From: Amoebidium appalachense
Taxonomy: Eukaryota; Protista; Ichthyosporea
NCBI GenBank assembly: GCA_963693365.1
Contig: CAVNZM010000001.1
Location: 10,566,161-10,630,160 of the forward strand
Direction: 5' to 3'
Length of the DNA stretch: 64,000 bases
This document shows, piece by piece, positions 27,550 through 41,829 of this stretch. The position numbers and the translations under genes are program-made. Each line of letters begins with the position of its first letter. The first letter of the stretch is position 1. A model generated the notes under the pieces. That model was not told the origin of the DNA, ran no database searches, and worked only from the letters and a program-made list of their open reading frames with translations.

Positions 27550-29850
27550 ATCTCAATTCGTTTTTAGTCATACATGGGATTTTCTTTATCGGCCACCAGA
27601 CGTACCCAATACTTACGCACAGGGAGAGATTTTCGATTGCGGAGAGATATGCTCTCGCGATGTTGTTCCAGCCACAGTCACCGGGAGATTATCGTTGTCC
27701 GGCATGGACCCTCTTATCTGTGTGGGAACCTCGATCTGTTATATCATTCACTTTTAAAATACTGTATCATTAAGTTTCAACGTTCTTGGTCCACACTGTA
27801 TAAACTGTATAAGCCAAGCTTGCGACTTGCTTCACTATCTCAAACCCGTGATACCAATTTGGTGCATATTTGTGTGGATCTATATTTCTCACCACTACTG
27901 GGTCACCTCTGAAAAACGTTCGTATCCTAGATCTAGCCACCTGTTTCTCATTGAGCGATGCCTTATCGGCATATCTCAGGTGGTTTACTCATTTGCATAT
28001 GACTGATAATATTTATAGCCGATCTATTGCATTCAATTTTTGTCCATTAATCGTGCTTCGTAGACACTCCATTAGGCAATGGAGATGTATCTGGGAATAG
28101 TGTTGGATGCTGCCCCCGATATATGGGGAATATCCCGTTGCAGCAGGTGCTGATCTACGATATCCATGCATCATCATAGGTCGATAGTCACCCCAATCCG
28201 TTCTATCCATATCCATATATTTACTTAGGGAGTCGTTTATCATCAGGCTCTGTGACTCCTTTCGTTTGTAGCATTAGATTTGAAAGGGAGGCCATGCTAC
28301 ATAATGTAAACACTTTTGTGATATGCAATAAATTACTTAACTCCAAAGTCATCTCAGTAACACATTTTTCGCGTCTATCCGATAGAATAGACATCGAAGG
28401 GCAACAGAAACAGCATGTTTCTTGCGTTATGAGATTGGCTATAGAGCTGGCCTTCTCATCCGGCACTACAAAGGCTTCTGCAGATCTGGTAGGCAGATCC
28501 ACTAATACGAACATCTTCTTATTTCCATTTTTGGAGGCTTTGTACGGCACTATAGTATCTATAGGTAGTCTTTTTTTTTCTCTTTCCCCCAAAAATTATG
28601 TGGGAGTTGATGATGGGGGAGGGGAGGGCCATACTCTAATGTGTGGGCCTGGAGTCCTAGCCTGACACCCAACACACAACCTCACCCACTTATGCACCGA
28701 TATCTACTTGTGCCCGGCCAATAGTATGGCCGCAATAATTTTAATGTGCGGTGCACTCCAAAAAGCACATAATTATCGTGCGCACTCTCTAAAAGTTTAT
28801 GATATAGGCATTCAGGCACGAATAGTTTTGTTCCCTCCATCGGAAAATACTACAACACTCCATTTTCCACGACACAGTTTTTCGCTATGCGTGCAATTTT
28901 TTCTCCGATTTTGCATTCGATATTTAGACTTGTGTGGGTGTTTGTGTTGTGGTTTGTGCCTGTGTATCTTGTGTTTTTCTGGAAACAGAGCTAGAAATTA
29001 CCGTATTTTGTTGCCCGCTGAGAGGATTCTGCATATCATGCTCATCTGGCCTGCACGAGGATCTGGAGGGGATAAAAGTGAAATTATGGAAAAACACATG
29101 GGGCCTTTTTGTTGTGCAGCCAAAAATAGCATCTCTCTGATATCCCACACCCGATAAAGCTGCTATGTGTGCTTGCTTTAAGTGTGGGATGAGGGTTAAG
29201 TCTACAGTGCCCCTTTTGTGCTGTAATACTATTCATGTAGGCTTATGTGAACTTTCTCGAGCAGCTATACTATTAGGTATGTCTACAGTTACCTGTGCCA
29301 CATCAGATTCGTATATAACTCAGTAGTATATGACCCCTCGAGATTAATTTCGCACATGCCCCTATCATTACCATACATAGTATGTAGGCCATTAGCGCTA
29401 CTTTGGGCTATTTCTGCGAATGCAACACTACCCAATATAGATGCCACTGATGAATATACTGGTGGGATCGGGAATAGCACATTAACATTGGCTACATTAT
29501 TCTCAGATTCTGCATCCTATATATATAGAATCCACTCGGATTGGGCACCTGCTACCCGTGGGGGCTCAGCGAGAGAATGAGATTTCTCATTAAACCCGGA
29601 GACATATGGTATCCGGCTACGACCATCTGCGTCCGGCATATCAGAGCCCCCTCCTTGTTAAATAGAGTAATGCAAATTGGCGGCCCAGCGAAAAATCCGA
29701 TCGTTGGCTATCCTATAATGCCCGTATAAGTATACATGTCATTTATGGGCTAGAGCATATCCTGTCTCTCACTCGGGGTGTATCTCCTTTTCATATGCTT
29801 TTGAACAATAGCCTTTCACTTGCAACGAACTTGGCATCTGCCTGTGCTGA
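27550..29850 (-). pseudogene. Decayed Ty3/Gypsy pol (RT-RNase H-integrase order)
   Basis: Integrase core IDTIVPYKASKNGNKKMFVLVDLPTRSAEAF..ILSDR and SKYMDMDRTDWGDY..ATGYSPY; zinc finger GVHRTLKLLRPYYWPG..CVGCQ (~28660-28760); weak RNase H and RT scraps upstream. No LTRs recognised. Confidence 0.85.
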
Positions 29851-30269
29851 AGAGGCCCCCGGCGGGACGTTTATTTGTTTGGGGATGGGGGCGGGGAGGG
29901 GGTGGGGGGAGGGGGGTGGGGAGGTTGTGGGGGGGGGGGGAGGGGGGGGGGGGGGGGGGGGGGAATCGGGGAGGGGGGAGATGCTTGGGGGTGGGGGGGG
30001 GGAGGAGGGGGAGGGGGTGGGAGGGGGAGGGGGAGATGCGTGGGGGTGGGGGGGGGGAGAGAGGGGGGAGGGGGAGGGGAAGGGGGAGAGGCGTAGCTGT
30101 GTAGCGCTTCAAAGTTTACGGTTGCCAAAAAAGTAAGAGGTTAGTCGCTGTTGCGCTATATTTGTTAGTGGTGGTGTCCCATAGGCCTTCACAAGGCCAA
30201 GAAGTGGACTGAGTGCTTCACAAGGTTCAGGTGTGTTTTTTTTTCAAGTCAGGTGTTGATTAGAGATGA

Positions 30270-30436
30270 GGGCCCAACCATATCAGCTCAGTCAATATGT
30301 GGCCTTTCCTGCTGTGCGGGTTTCTTGCCCTGCGGCATTAAAAATGCGCAAATTTTATCAAACCGTGCATGCGAATTACACACCAGTGCGGTTTCGGCCA
30401 TTCCGAAAATACCGCCAACTCCCCCCCTCCCCCCAA

Positions 30437-30483
<47 letters not shown>

Positions 30484-30790
30484 GTCCACTCCCCCCCCCC
30501 CCCCCCCCCCCCCCCGGCCACTACGATATGTGGCCTTACCTGCTTTTTCTCTGAGCGAAATCGCAGAACTATTCAGCAAAGGCAGAATTTTTCTGCAAAA
30601 GCAGAAGTATTGGGCTAAAAGCAGAATTAATCCGCTTTCTACGGCATAATCCTGCTAAAGGCAGAATAACTCTGCTAAAATTTAAATCAGAGTGATTCTG
30701 CTCAAAGCAGAATAATTTTGCTTTTGCAGAATAATTCTGCTTTTTTCTCTGCTTTATGCAACTTGACACAGCCGATGTGGTTGGACCCTG
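30270..30790. mobile_element. MITE-like element with GCAGAATNATTCTGC palindromic subrepeats
   Basis: Imperfect TIRs AGGGCCCAACCATATCAGCTCAGTCAA / TTGACACAGCCGATGTGGTTGGACCCT; related element at 50172-50556; no TSD found. Confidence 0.6.
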
Positions 30791-31552
30791 AAATGCCGCG
30801 AGCCACTTGTATGATGATGGTTCTTATTTGAAGAATCGGTTGGTACCGGTGGCTTGGGTGTCTATAAAAGATTTGCATATTGTTATTGAGGGACCGAACT
30901 TGCGCTTTTTGTCTTTCCTAGTGGGTTGCTCGGATAACCGGGCATCGTTGGTCAGGCACACATGCGTATGTGCGGGAGCGCATGTATGTGCGCAAACGTG
31001 AAAAGTGCACACAGATGCACACCAGCGCACACACGGGTGTGCACACAAGCACACATGCCATATGCACACGCAGGCAGACACATTCCTGCACACCGTGGCA
31101 CATGCATGCGGGCACGCATGCACGTGCTCACACACTGTGACATGCGCCATGTCACCATGTGCCCACACTCTATCACAGACAGACGACACACAGATGCACA
31201 CCCCGCTCTCGCCTTCTTCACAAACATAAAGTTGATTAGTCGTCAAAGATACCTGGTCGTGGTCTCAGCAGCGAACTGTACGTTTTGCAACGTCCGTGCA
31301 CATAACGACCTCATTATTCCTACTTTTTTTTATTTATATTTTTATAATAAACTTTTTTGTTGGCTAATCGTGCGATCGCGCAAAAATATTTGATCCATAC
31401 AGATTTTTTTCGATTTTGCGATAGTCCTAATAATATCATAGTTTTGTTATTGAATAATCTTGAGGCTCCGTAGAGATAAGGAGGAGCTGTAAGTAGCGAG
31501 CTATATTGTAAAGGTAGGAAAGTAATTTGGTGACACACGCGGTAATTGATAT

Positions 31553-31749
31553 GGGGGGTTTACGCTGTTTACTCGAGGCAAAGAGAACCAGTCTCAGGTA
31601 TGGGGGGGGGGGGTTTGCTCGGAATATCCCCTCAGCGGTATATCATGATCACGTACATAGATGTCGGGTGGTGACTATATATCAGGGTTTACTTTCTCTA
31701 CGAGACACCATAAAGACTACAAGGAGAAATCAATTAGTTGGGGTTCCCC

Positions 31750-31795
<46 letters not shown>

Positions 31796-31827
31796 GGGCT
31801 CCCCTCGGGACACTCGGTATCAGCTGG

Positions 31828-31878
<51 letters not shown>

Positions 31879-32651
31879 TGTGTGTGTGTGCGCGTGCGCT
31901 ATAATTTTGTAGTGATGTGTTTCTCAAGCCAATCAATACATCTAATAAACAGGTCGTAGTTACGCGTGTTTAGTATAAAATCAAGGATGTTGTAATTTAC
32001 AGGTAGGCTATCTTTCTGGGTGTCTGTTGTGAATGTGACGTGTGTGTGTTGCGGTATTATGTGGTCTACAAACTACTATTGGCGATACATGACCGTTTAA
32101 ACTGGTGTGTGTGTGTGTTGTTTGGGCATGCAAACGATGCCACCTTATACTTATTATTAGATCTCCACTGTATAGCACGTGTACAGTAAAAGCGTGGTAA
32201 TTGATCAATAATACCATCAGCTAGAGAAAGACCAGTTCTACAGGAAGGTAATATGTATTTAGGTGTTATACACTTGCGAGTGCCATATTTGGCAATATGG
32301 TTGAGGCGGTCAGTATATATAAAACGAGACATAAGGCTTAGTTTTTCAAGGTGTATGCTTTCATCGGGTCTAGTGTCGTGTGGTATCTTTTTCCATTTGT
32401 TATATTGCGTGATTATCTTGTGATTGTGTACATGTTTAATAAGTAAGTGGCAGTCCAAAGTCACACACACACTATTGCGGGGTTTATTTGTATTTGTGCC
32501 CAGGGGAGAAGGGGAGAGAGAGGGGAGGAAAGAGGGGAGAGGTGAGGAGGGGACAGGTCGGATAGAGAAGAGAGGGTGGGAGGGCAAATACTTCTTTAAG
32601 CGGCTTATGTGCTTATTGAATTTCAGCGCGAGATAGGATACTCTAGCAGCT
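31553..32651 (-). mobile_element. 5'-truncated LINE family 1 copy (1.1 kb)
   Basis: Reverse complement of ~16478-17550; TSD ATTGATAT at 31545-31552 and 32652-32659. Confidence 0.92.
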
Positions 32652-32722
32652 ATTGATATCTGCGAATGGTGACGTCACCGACTTTTGGCGGACGAAGGAG
32701 TTTTGGCGGCGGATCATTCACA

Positions 32723-32917
32723 GGGGTTTACGCTGTTTACTCGAGGCAAAGAGAACCAGTCTCAGGTATGGGGGGGGGGGTTTTGCTCGGAATATCCCCT
32801 CAGCGGTATATCATGATCACGTACATAGATGTCGGGTGGTGACTATATATCAGGGTTTACTTTCTCTACGAGACACCATAAAGACTACAAGGAGAAATCA
32901 ATTAGTTGGGGTTCCCC

Positions 32918-32960
<43 letters not shown>

Positions 32961-32992
32961 GGGCTCCCCTCGGGACACTCGGTATCAGCTGG

Positions 32993-33043
<51 letters not shown>

Positions 33044-33117
33044 TGTGTGTGTGTGCGCGTGCGCTATAATTTTGTAGTGATGTGTTTCTCAAGCCAATCA
33101 ATACATCTAATAAACAG
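32723..33117 (-). mobile_element. 5'-truncated LINE family 1 copy (0.4 kb)
   Basis: Near-identical to 31555-31952; TSD CATTCACA at 32715-32722 and 33118-33125. Confidence 0.92.
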
Positions 33118-34077
33118 CATTCACAGCGCGCGGCGGCCCTACATACGATATACGCGCGTAGTACCGGGAGGATATCATGATCATTACCCCTACCGTTCCC
33201 CATCTTTTTGTTAACGGTCTAAGTTACGTGCTTTGCTCCTGCATTTTCTGTATGTGAAGCCTAAGGATGTAACAAAACAAGCCGGGTGGGGAGAGGGGGG
33301 GGGGGGGTAGTTTGTGTTTGCCCAGAGATCTCGAGCACGACAAAGGCACAGCTACCTTCTCACGGGTCAAACTTTCGTCACCGTACCGCAGTGCCAGGTT
33401 TGGCTAACTTAAAACTACACAGGCTGAATGCTTGGATAACCTTGCTAAACTTTTTTTTATTTTATTTTTTTCCCCTCACGGTTTTGGCAACTTGGGTGGA
33501 GGGGCTAAAGCAAAACGAGCTTGGTTCGTTTCTTGACACAAGCCGTCGGCTTTATGTTCAACGGAAAATAGAAAGGAGGACAGAAACGCCTTTGCTGAAA
33601 ACGCAGGAGACCACAATAGTGGCCAAGGAGGCTGGGGCTGCACAGCCTGCTTTCCTGTACCCCCCCCCCCCCCCCCCCCCTTCATCCCTGCGGAATCCTT
33701 ACGTCCCCTAAGAGGATGTACTTTTCCAGCACTGTGATTTCTTGGAGTCTTTTCTATTACCAGCCTCTCCCTTTTCCTTACACCGGCACCGTCAGCTCCC
33801 GCCTTGCACTGTACGCACACAAACACGCCTGTGCTCCGATGAAACCCGTAAGCGGTAACATGCAATACATAGACTTCAACACTGTGCATCTCCTCTTGAG
33901 ATCTCGGGACCCCCAGCAACCCCCCCCCCCCCCCCCCCCTCTCCTCCCCCCTCCCCCCGCTCTCTCCCTTCCCCTTCAACCAGCCCAACTTGAACAGTTC
34001 CACTCCCCTAAACATGTTATGTTTGAATGTGCAGCAGCCAGCTGCTCGTCCGCAAGGCTCTCTATCCCTATTACTAG

Positions 34078-34113
<36 letters not shown>

Positions 34114-34209
34114 GGCACCAATCCCACAGAGAGAGAGAACGAGAGAAGACAGAAAGGAGACGATGATATAGAGACTCGAAAGGGAGGAAAAGAGAGATAG
34201 ATAGATAGA

Positions 34210-34362
<153 letters not shown>

Positions 34363-34804
34363 ACACAGACACTACTAAGAGGATCTACGGTACCGGTATA
34401 GAGAGCTTGCAGTTTGCAAATTCAACATACGTGGTGATGTCCACCCTCCCCCCCCCCCCCCCCCACCCCCCCCCTCCCCCACACACGTGCGGCTTGTCCT
34501 AGTATGGTCGTGTCCGGCAGTTTCAGGGGGAATAGATGCACATAGCAAGCACAAGCTTTCTATGCGAACACTCGTACAGGTTATCTGAAAACCGTTTATC
34601 AGAAAGTTTCCGACACAACCCCATCCTTCAACCACCCCGTCCCGACCCCTTCGCTTTCTCTTGCCCCCTCTCCCTCCCCCCAGGCTCAGCACACAGTGTC
34701 CGGCACACTACACACACACGTGTACTCACACACACAGGCACACAGGCACAGACACAAACATACACAAAGACACACACACACACATGCACACACTCTCACA
34801 CACG

Positions 34805-34884
<80 letters not shown>

Positions 34885-34885
34885 C

Positions 34886-34931
<46 letters not shown>

Positions 34932-35126
34932 TGACAAGCGTACACACAGCGTTTTCCCGTACTACCTTATTGTTTTCCCCTTGATTTACATTCTCTGCTA
35001 GGTCATCCCTGTAGTTTAGTCCCGTACGCGTGTACCTGTTTCCTATATATATCGGCCAGGGTGCTCAGGGCCCTCTTGCCTGTATGCCTGCCTTCAGTCC
35101 CCCCCCCCCCCCCCCCTCCCCCCCCC

Positions 35127-35179
<53 letters not shown>

Positions 35180-36255
35180 AAAAGAACTTCTCCGTCCCCA
35201 TAGTCTCCTTTTTTCTTTTCTTTTTTTTCAAGTTCTTTCCTCCTTTCCACCTCCCCCCCCCCTTTCTTCTTCCTTCAAAGTTTCGCCCCGCCCCTTCTCT
35301 CCTCTCCATCCCTACCTCCCTCCTTTCACCTTTCTCCACCTCCGGGCTCTACGACTTGTCTACCTGCCTGCAAATCTCTGTCTTTTTTCTTCGCTCTGTA
35401 TGTCGCTCTCAATCTTTCTAAGTCCCTTTCTTTCTCCCCCCCACTTTTTCTACCCATGATATTGTCACAAAAAGGGTCCAACCGTGACATTATGCATGAG
35501 CATGTGCACAGGGCGCTACTTTAGCTCTGACAGGCTGGAACTCATGACCTATGTAGGGTGGCTAAGCCGCTGGGCGCTTTTGTGTAACAAAGAGCCTTCT
35601 ATAAGTACTTTATACAGTAATTAGCTTGTTAGAAATATACGCGCAGTACTTGTCATGAGAAAGTCTACAAAAGAGTTAAGAAGCAAAGAAGTTGAACGGT
35701 ATGGTGTGTGGACCTGCCGCGTACATAAGCACTTTTGGTGGTGCGCGGCAAGGCTTCGTCCGCCAAAAGTTCCCGGCCGGGCGGTCAATCGATCGGTCGC
35801 AGATGTCAATACCTGTACTCGATCATAACCAGCCGCAATTACTTACAGGCAGAGCGAAACATGTAGCAAGAAATGAAGTGGTTAACACCAGACTGAGGTT
35901 GAATTGGGGTTAATAAAGAACCATTATGACAACGAAAAGTAGGATACAAAAGTGCATATCGCTCAATTTGAAATTGTAAGAGAACTTTTATTTTTGTTTT
36001 TACTTTGATGACCGTAAAAGATTGTTATGAAGATTTAGTGGTCCAGCCACGTCGATGCCAATATTTTCCTATTTTCTTGTGGACAAACCCAAAAAACAAA
36101 AAGGGTTAAATATATCGTCATACATACAATTAATGCTCGAAGCACCACAATTATATGCCATCGGGTTTGAAATGTTCCAAAAGCACTACTATTTATGCGT
36201 GCAGTGCGAATCCTTTCCCACTCCTTCCTCTCCTCCTCCTCGCGTCCGAATAAAG

Positions 36256-36738
36256 TTAGCATGTTGGGCAGATCAGCTTCAGGCGAGCAAACACCTTATC
36301 ATCCTTCTTTGCCGGTGCTGGAGGGGCTGGGGCAGGTTCAGGCACCGCGGCGACCGTCTGCTGAAAGATTGGCTGGGGATGAACGGGGCGTGGGGGCAAC
36401 ACGTAGAGTGGCTGGGAAATAACCTGAGCCTGTGCGGGCGCGGCGACGACTGCACCGACCGTAACTGCCTGCTGCTTCTGGGGGTTAAACGCTGCTGCGC
36501 TCTGAAAGTTCATGCCCTCCTGCTGGCCAGAGCCAAAATCTTCGAACGTAATAAACCTTTCGTCTGCTTGGCGACGGGTGTGTTCGGTTGCAAATTCGCC
36601 CGGCGTGGTGAGCTCGAGAGAGATGGGTGTGTCGTCGACAACTACTGCTTGCACGTTGTGTGAGGCAGGCAGTGCTGCACCGTGGACTGCAACGGCACAG
36701 GTGGAGACGAGCGCGGAAATGTAAGTGATTGAATGCAT
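36256..36738 (-). CDS. Intronless secreted 160-aa protein of unknown function ending in CPTC
   Basis: Clean ORF free of microsatellites; A-rich start context (CAAAATG); signal-peptide-like N-terminus; TATA and CCAAT upstream. Confidence 0.82.
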   Translation of the reverse strand: MHSITYISALVSTCAVAVHGAALPASHNVQAVVVDDTPISLELTTPGEFATEHTRRQADERFITFEDFGSGQQEGMNFQSAAAFNPQKQQAVTVGAVVAAPAQAQVISQPLYVLPPRPVHPQPIFQQTVAAVPEPAPAPPAPAKKDDKVFARLKLICPTC

Positions 36739-36841
36739 TTTGTTGCTTTATGTTGTTCTCGAGGTCTGTTGATTGGTTTTTGTGCGCACAGCTGCAAGTT
36801 GGTTTGTCAATTGCTAGTAGCTAGAGAGACCGGTAGGCACT

Positions 36842-36970
36842 TGTGACTGACTAATGAGGAGTCCGCGAACGCGGCCGGCTTTATATACGAACACTGCCAC
36901 ATCCAAGTTCGGCGGTATTCTTTTTTCTGTGCCGTAGGCAATTGTGATTGGTGTACCCACTCCACCAATC
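36842..36970 (-). promoter_or_regulatory. Core promoter of the secreted-protein gene
   Basis: TATATAAA at 36880-36887 (-); TCAGTC initiator ~30 nt downstream; CCAAT boxes at ~36947 and ~36965. Confidence 0.65.
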
Positions 36971-37600
36971 CGATCTCTAGGCAACCAAGTGTTTTCCGAG
37001 GATCGTATTGGTTCACCTAGATCTATGGTGCCGTCTAATCCAATGAACATAAACCTTCACACATCTCAAGTTCAATCCCCTGACGTCATTATGGCCAAGC
37101 AAATACTTTGGAAGATTCCAGGCCGCCTTCACCAAGAGACTTCGCTTTGATGACTTTTGATTTTCAGGGGCTTATGTAAGTTATGTGTAGTTTATATATT
37201 TATGTTTGCTTTAGTATCTTTATATCTGCATGGAATCGAACCTCTTCTATCTATAAATAAAAAATACTGAAACATCCGCAACATGCCAAACCAGTTAGTT
37301 ATGTACATGTACCGAATCATAATAGATGGCTTTCGCCAGCCAGTATCATTCAAAAAAAAAAATGAAAAAAAAAACAAAAAAAACAGCAGCTTCCACTGAG
37401 CTGTTTGCTCGGCCCATGATGCTGAATCGTGCAATAGCACTGATTTAAGGTGCTCTTGTATAAGAGAAATTTGAGTGTGCATCAGATTTGTCGCCCGATC
37501 GAGCCTGTGCTTGAAAACCGCATCCAACCGGTGCGTCATGATCATAGTGGCAGATCCCCGCGGCGACGCGTATATTAGGCTACCGTTGCTACGTCACTGA

Positions 37601-37654
<54 letters not shown>

Positions 37655-37717
37655 TTCCCGCGACCCGGCCCACAGGCTCACCACCCATCCAGTCCACCCA
37701 ACCATGTGCCCCTCAAC

Positions 37718-38720
37718 GACAGCAGCGCGCAGCTCTTCGGGAATTTGATACCTTCCAGCGTGAATTCATCCAGTTTGTTTCTCGCACCTCGCGCGTCGGC
37801 ATCCTTCGGCGGCTCCTTTGCTTGGGTTTACACACTTTTTATATTGCGTGGACACTGTCGGGGGCCCAGCCACACTCGACGTCCTTTGCTGAGTGCTTTT
37901 GGTCTTCCACCGGCGAGTCAGCATATGAATGAATTAGGACTTCGCTGTTGTTTTAATTTGGCTCGCCTTCCTTCTTCTCATCCCTTTCCCTTTTAGACTC
38001 TGTTCCCATTTCTAATGTCCGTGCGAAATCATTGAAATATCCTGTACCTAATTTATCTCCTATTCAGAGATATCCTTCACCTTAAATATTTATATCTCCT
38101 TTGTTTTTTTCTGCAACTATCTATCAGCAGTATGTTAGTAATACTTGGTTTCATACTCAGTATCCTTTGCTTCATCGTTGTGATAAAGAGTATCACGGTA
38201 GGACTCTTGAGCCTGTACACGTGCTTATCATTCGTTTAGAGACTCGCCTCTTTTCTTTACAATCGTTGTGTAAATTAGCTACTTGTATTCATCTTTCCCG
38301 TATAGTATTAAAACCTACTACAACCTTTACTGATTTTGCGATTATAACCCCGTCTTGTGATATTGCTTGGAAATGTTTATTTTGGCGTTGTAACCTTTCT
38401 TTCCATAAACGTTTAGATTTGTGCCACTTTTGTGCAGAACCCTTATCTCGTCAACATTTAGATAGATGTATTTATTTATCTCAGATTATTCCGTTGGAAG
38501 TTCGAAGACTGGCTTATTTAGATAATCTTGATATTACATTCATTATCTATTAAATCACTGTATGTTTAGCGAGTTTTCTAGGGTGTATAATTATTTAAGT
38601 CATTATCTCCTCCATGTCCGAGAGTAGGGGTTTTTTGTGTTTCTTCTTCACTGAGATATCTTGGATATCTCGATTGCCTCTTCTTTGACGAGCATTTCAA
38701 TAAACTCATTTAAAAAAAAA
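37718..38720 (+). mobile_element. 5'-truncated LINE (family 2) with conventional AATAAA and poly(A) tail
   Basis: TSD CCTCAAC at 37711-37717 and 38721-38727; AATAAA at ~38699 then A9; C-terminal WRCN..CHFCAEPLSRQHLDRC knuckle. Confidence 0.8.
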
Positions 38721-39646
38721 CCTCAACCATACTGAAATATCTGAAGGCTTTTTGTGCCCATCAGAAACCCAACCTGGTACACCTATCATAATTATAATAC
38801 GTGGATCTGGGCGCCGGCCTGGCCATAACATATGTCCTTAGAAAAAAAAAAGTGCAAGACGGACTGTAAATAATTTTCCTTGGCATGTAGCTGAAAGCCC
38901 GTGTGTGCGCGTGCGATGTTAGATATTCAGCAAGTGCCAAAAGAGCCCAATTGGTGGCCCTGTACATCTGTATGTGCGTGTGAGTGTGTGTGCCCGGGGC
39001 AGGGGAGGCCACCGTGGGGAAAGGGGGATCCGGAGTGGGGGTTGGAGGTGGGGGGGGGGGGGGGGGGGGGGGGGGGGGAATAGGAGGGGAGGAAGGGGGA
39101 GAAGATGTCATGAATAATCGATTAATGGGGAAAGTGGGCAATATAGGGGACTCCGAGATGACGGGGGAGCTTCACTCGAGGTACCTAGCTAACAGACACC
39201 ACCACTAACGCCTGATAGACCTAACTGCATGCGCAGTTAACAACATAGCCCTATCTATGTGTGACTGATTGGTCAATATTGGGATATAAATTTAGAATTT
39301 CACAGCCCCTCAAACCCCCGCTAGGAAATCCGCAGCCATATGGCCCCCTTCTTTCTCATAGTGTACCTGGATAGAGCAGCCGTTTCTTCGTTTAACCAAT
39401 AATGCACATGGTCATTCAACCGCACATGTGGCCCAATGAGAATAAAAGGCAGCCGGGATCAGGGGAGGAGGAGGAAGGGAGAGGGGGGGGGGGGGGGGGG
39501 TTGGGAGGGGGGGAGGGGGGTGAGGAGGGATGGGCTCGTGGCAGGTGGTGGTAGGAAAAGGAGGAGGTGGAGGTGTTGGCAATGTGAGTGCGTGTTGGGG
39601 GGGGAGGGGGGGGATCTTTTACTATGTTGAGATGTCTGTGTGTGAC

Positions 39647-39682
<36 letters not shown>

Positions 39683-41359
39683 AAAATAAAAAAGATGGTC
39701 GGAAATGGGGCAGAGTGGATGTGGGGATACCATCATCAAAAAAAAGGAAGGGGTGTTTTTTGGGAGAGATGTCGAGTGGGGCATGTAATGCGGAAAACTG
39801 GGTGGGAGAGGGTAGCTAATGGTGCTCGAGTGGAAGCCTTACATACTGGGGAAGGGAGAGAAATGGGGAGATTAAGATGGGTTGGAGGGGCTCCCGGGGG
39901 GTAGGGGTTGGGGGAGCATAAATTCGCATTCTCGGCCGACCCGAACTATTCGATTGGATGAACGAAAAAGGAAGCTTGGAATTGGTTAGGAAATACCTCA
40001 CCAATCATCAATGATTTTCATTCAGACTAAATATGGGCTTTTGCTTCTAGGTAAGCCGCAAGCAGTCGCGGTGATTTTGAATTTGACAGTGTGCAATCAG
40101 TCTGCCGACAGAGGTAGGGGGATAAGAGGGGGTGGGTGGGGGGGGGGGGGGGGGGGGGGGGTGGGGGGCGGGGGTGGGGGGGGAGGGGGGCGGGGGGGGG
40201 GGGGGGGGGGGGAGGGGGGAGGGGGAGGGGGGAGGGGGGAGGGAGGAAGGCGGAAGGGGAGGGAGGGGGGTGGGGGGGGGGAAGGACGGGCGGGAAGGGT
40301 GCCCCGGGGTATTCCAGCGGAAGGCCGGGAGGTCAAAAGCATGTTTATCAATAATACTTGTCCAAATTTTAACCACACTCCCAACACACTCACGCAATGT
40401 TATTTCTGAGTATGACTTATGGGGGTGGACTCAGTTGATAGAATGTGCGGGTAGTGCGCACTGCGGAATCCAATCTGCTGTACATGACCAGTCATACATC
40501 AGGGCTGTATCTTGCCAATATGCAAATTACCAATACAGCCGTTGTAAATGTAACCATATATGGTAGGCAACCATACGCATCCACTCAATATGCGTGACAA
40601 ACCTCCATGTCTCACTCCGCACAATCCCCAGACGAATATAGAATTACCGAATCGAAATATCCCGATAATTGAGGTCTACTGAGATACCCGGATGTGCGGG
40701 GGGGAGGGGGGGGGAGGGGGAGAGGGGAGGGGGGAGGGAGAGGGTGGAGGGAGAAGGGGGAAGGGGGGAGGGGGGAGGGGGAGGGGGAGGGGGGAGCCAA
40801 TCAGCAAACGGACTAATACGCGGCCTACACATTTGTCACCCACATGTACACGCGCACATGCACACACCGAGAATTTCTGACTCAAGGGTTAGCGGCCCCA
40901 GGGCCCGGGGGGAAGGGGGGGGGGGGGGAAGGGGGGAGGGGGTCCGGGGGGGTCCTATTCAACTTACGATAGTTCAGATAATGAGATATGCCGTCATTTT
41001 CTTCGTATCCGAGAGTGATATTCGTTATCTGCTATCATAACGGATATGACTGGCCGAGATATATGTGATATCTCGTGGACGTCACGACTCATATCATAGT
41101 GATGTTTTGAAGCCGTTATCATTGGAAAACGAAATTCAACCATCCGATTCCCCCTCAACCCCCCGGCCCCCCCCCCCCCCCCCCCTCCCCTCCCCCCCCC
41201 CCCCCTCCCCCCCCCCCCCCCCCCTCCTAATATTCTTGCAACACCCGGATAACACAAGGCGCACAACACACATACACACATAGTTGGCAACGACACCCAC
41301 CCACACCCACACCTACACACTCCTAAACATACCGCACACACAAAAATACACACACGGTG

Positions 41360-41486
<127 letters not shown>

Positions 41487-41798
41487 ACACACACACACAT
41501 AGTGGCACACACACACGCACACACACCACATACACACACACAGTGCCGCACGCACGTGCGCGGGGGCGCACACACACCTGCGCGCGCGCACACACACTAT
41601 GCTACACGAGGGAGGCGGGGAGGGGGAGGGGGAGTCGGAGGGGATGATGGGAACGTTGCAATTGAACCAACGGTGGTGGTTTATGTTTCCGTTGCATTTT
41701 GGCTGGGTGGTGGTGATAACATTTTTCCTCCCCTCCCCCCCCCCCCCCCCCCCCCCAAGGGGGAGGGCCCCTAGGGCTTGAGTCCGCCCCTTCCCACG

Positions 41799-41829
<31 letters not shown>

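Noticed and set aside
33286-34171. Coding-like ORFs (e.g. YGFHRSTGVFVCVQCK)
   Set aside because: Strand and frame are ambiguous, the ORFs are broken by poly-C, and no motif is recognisable.
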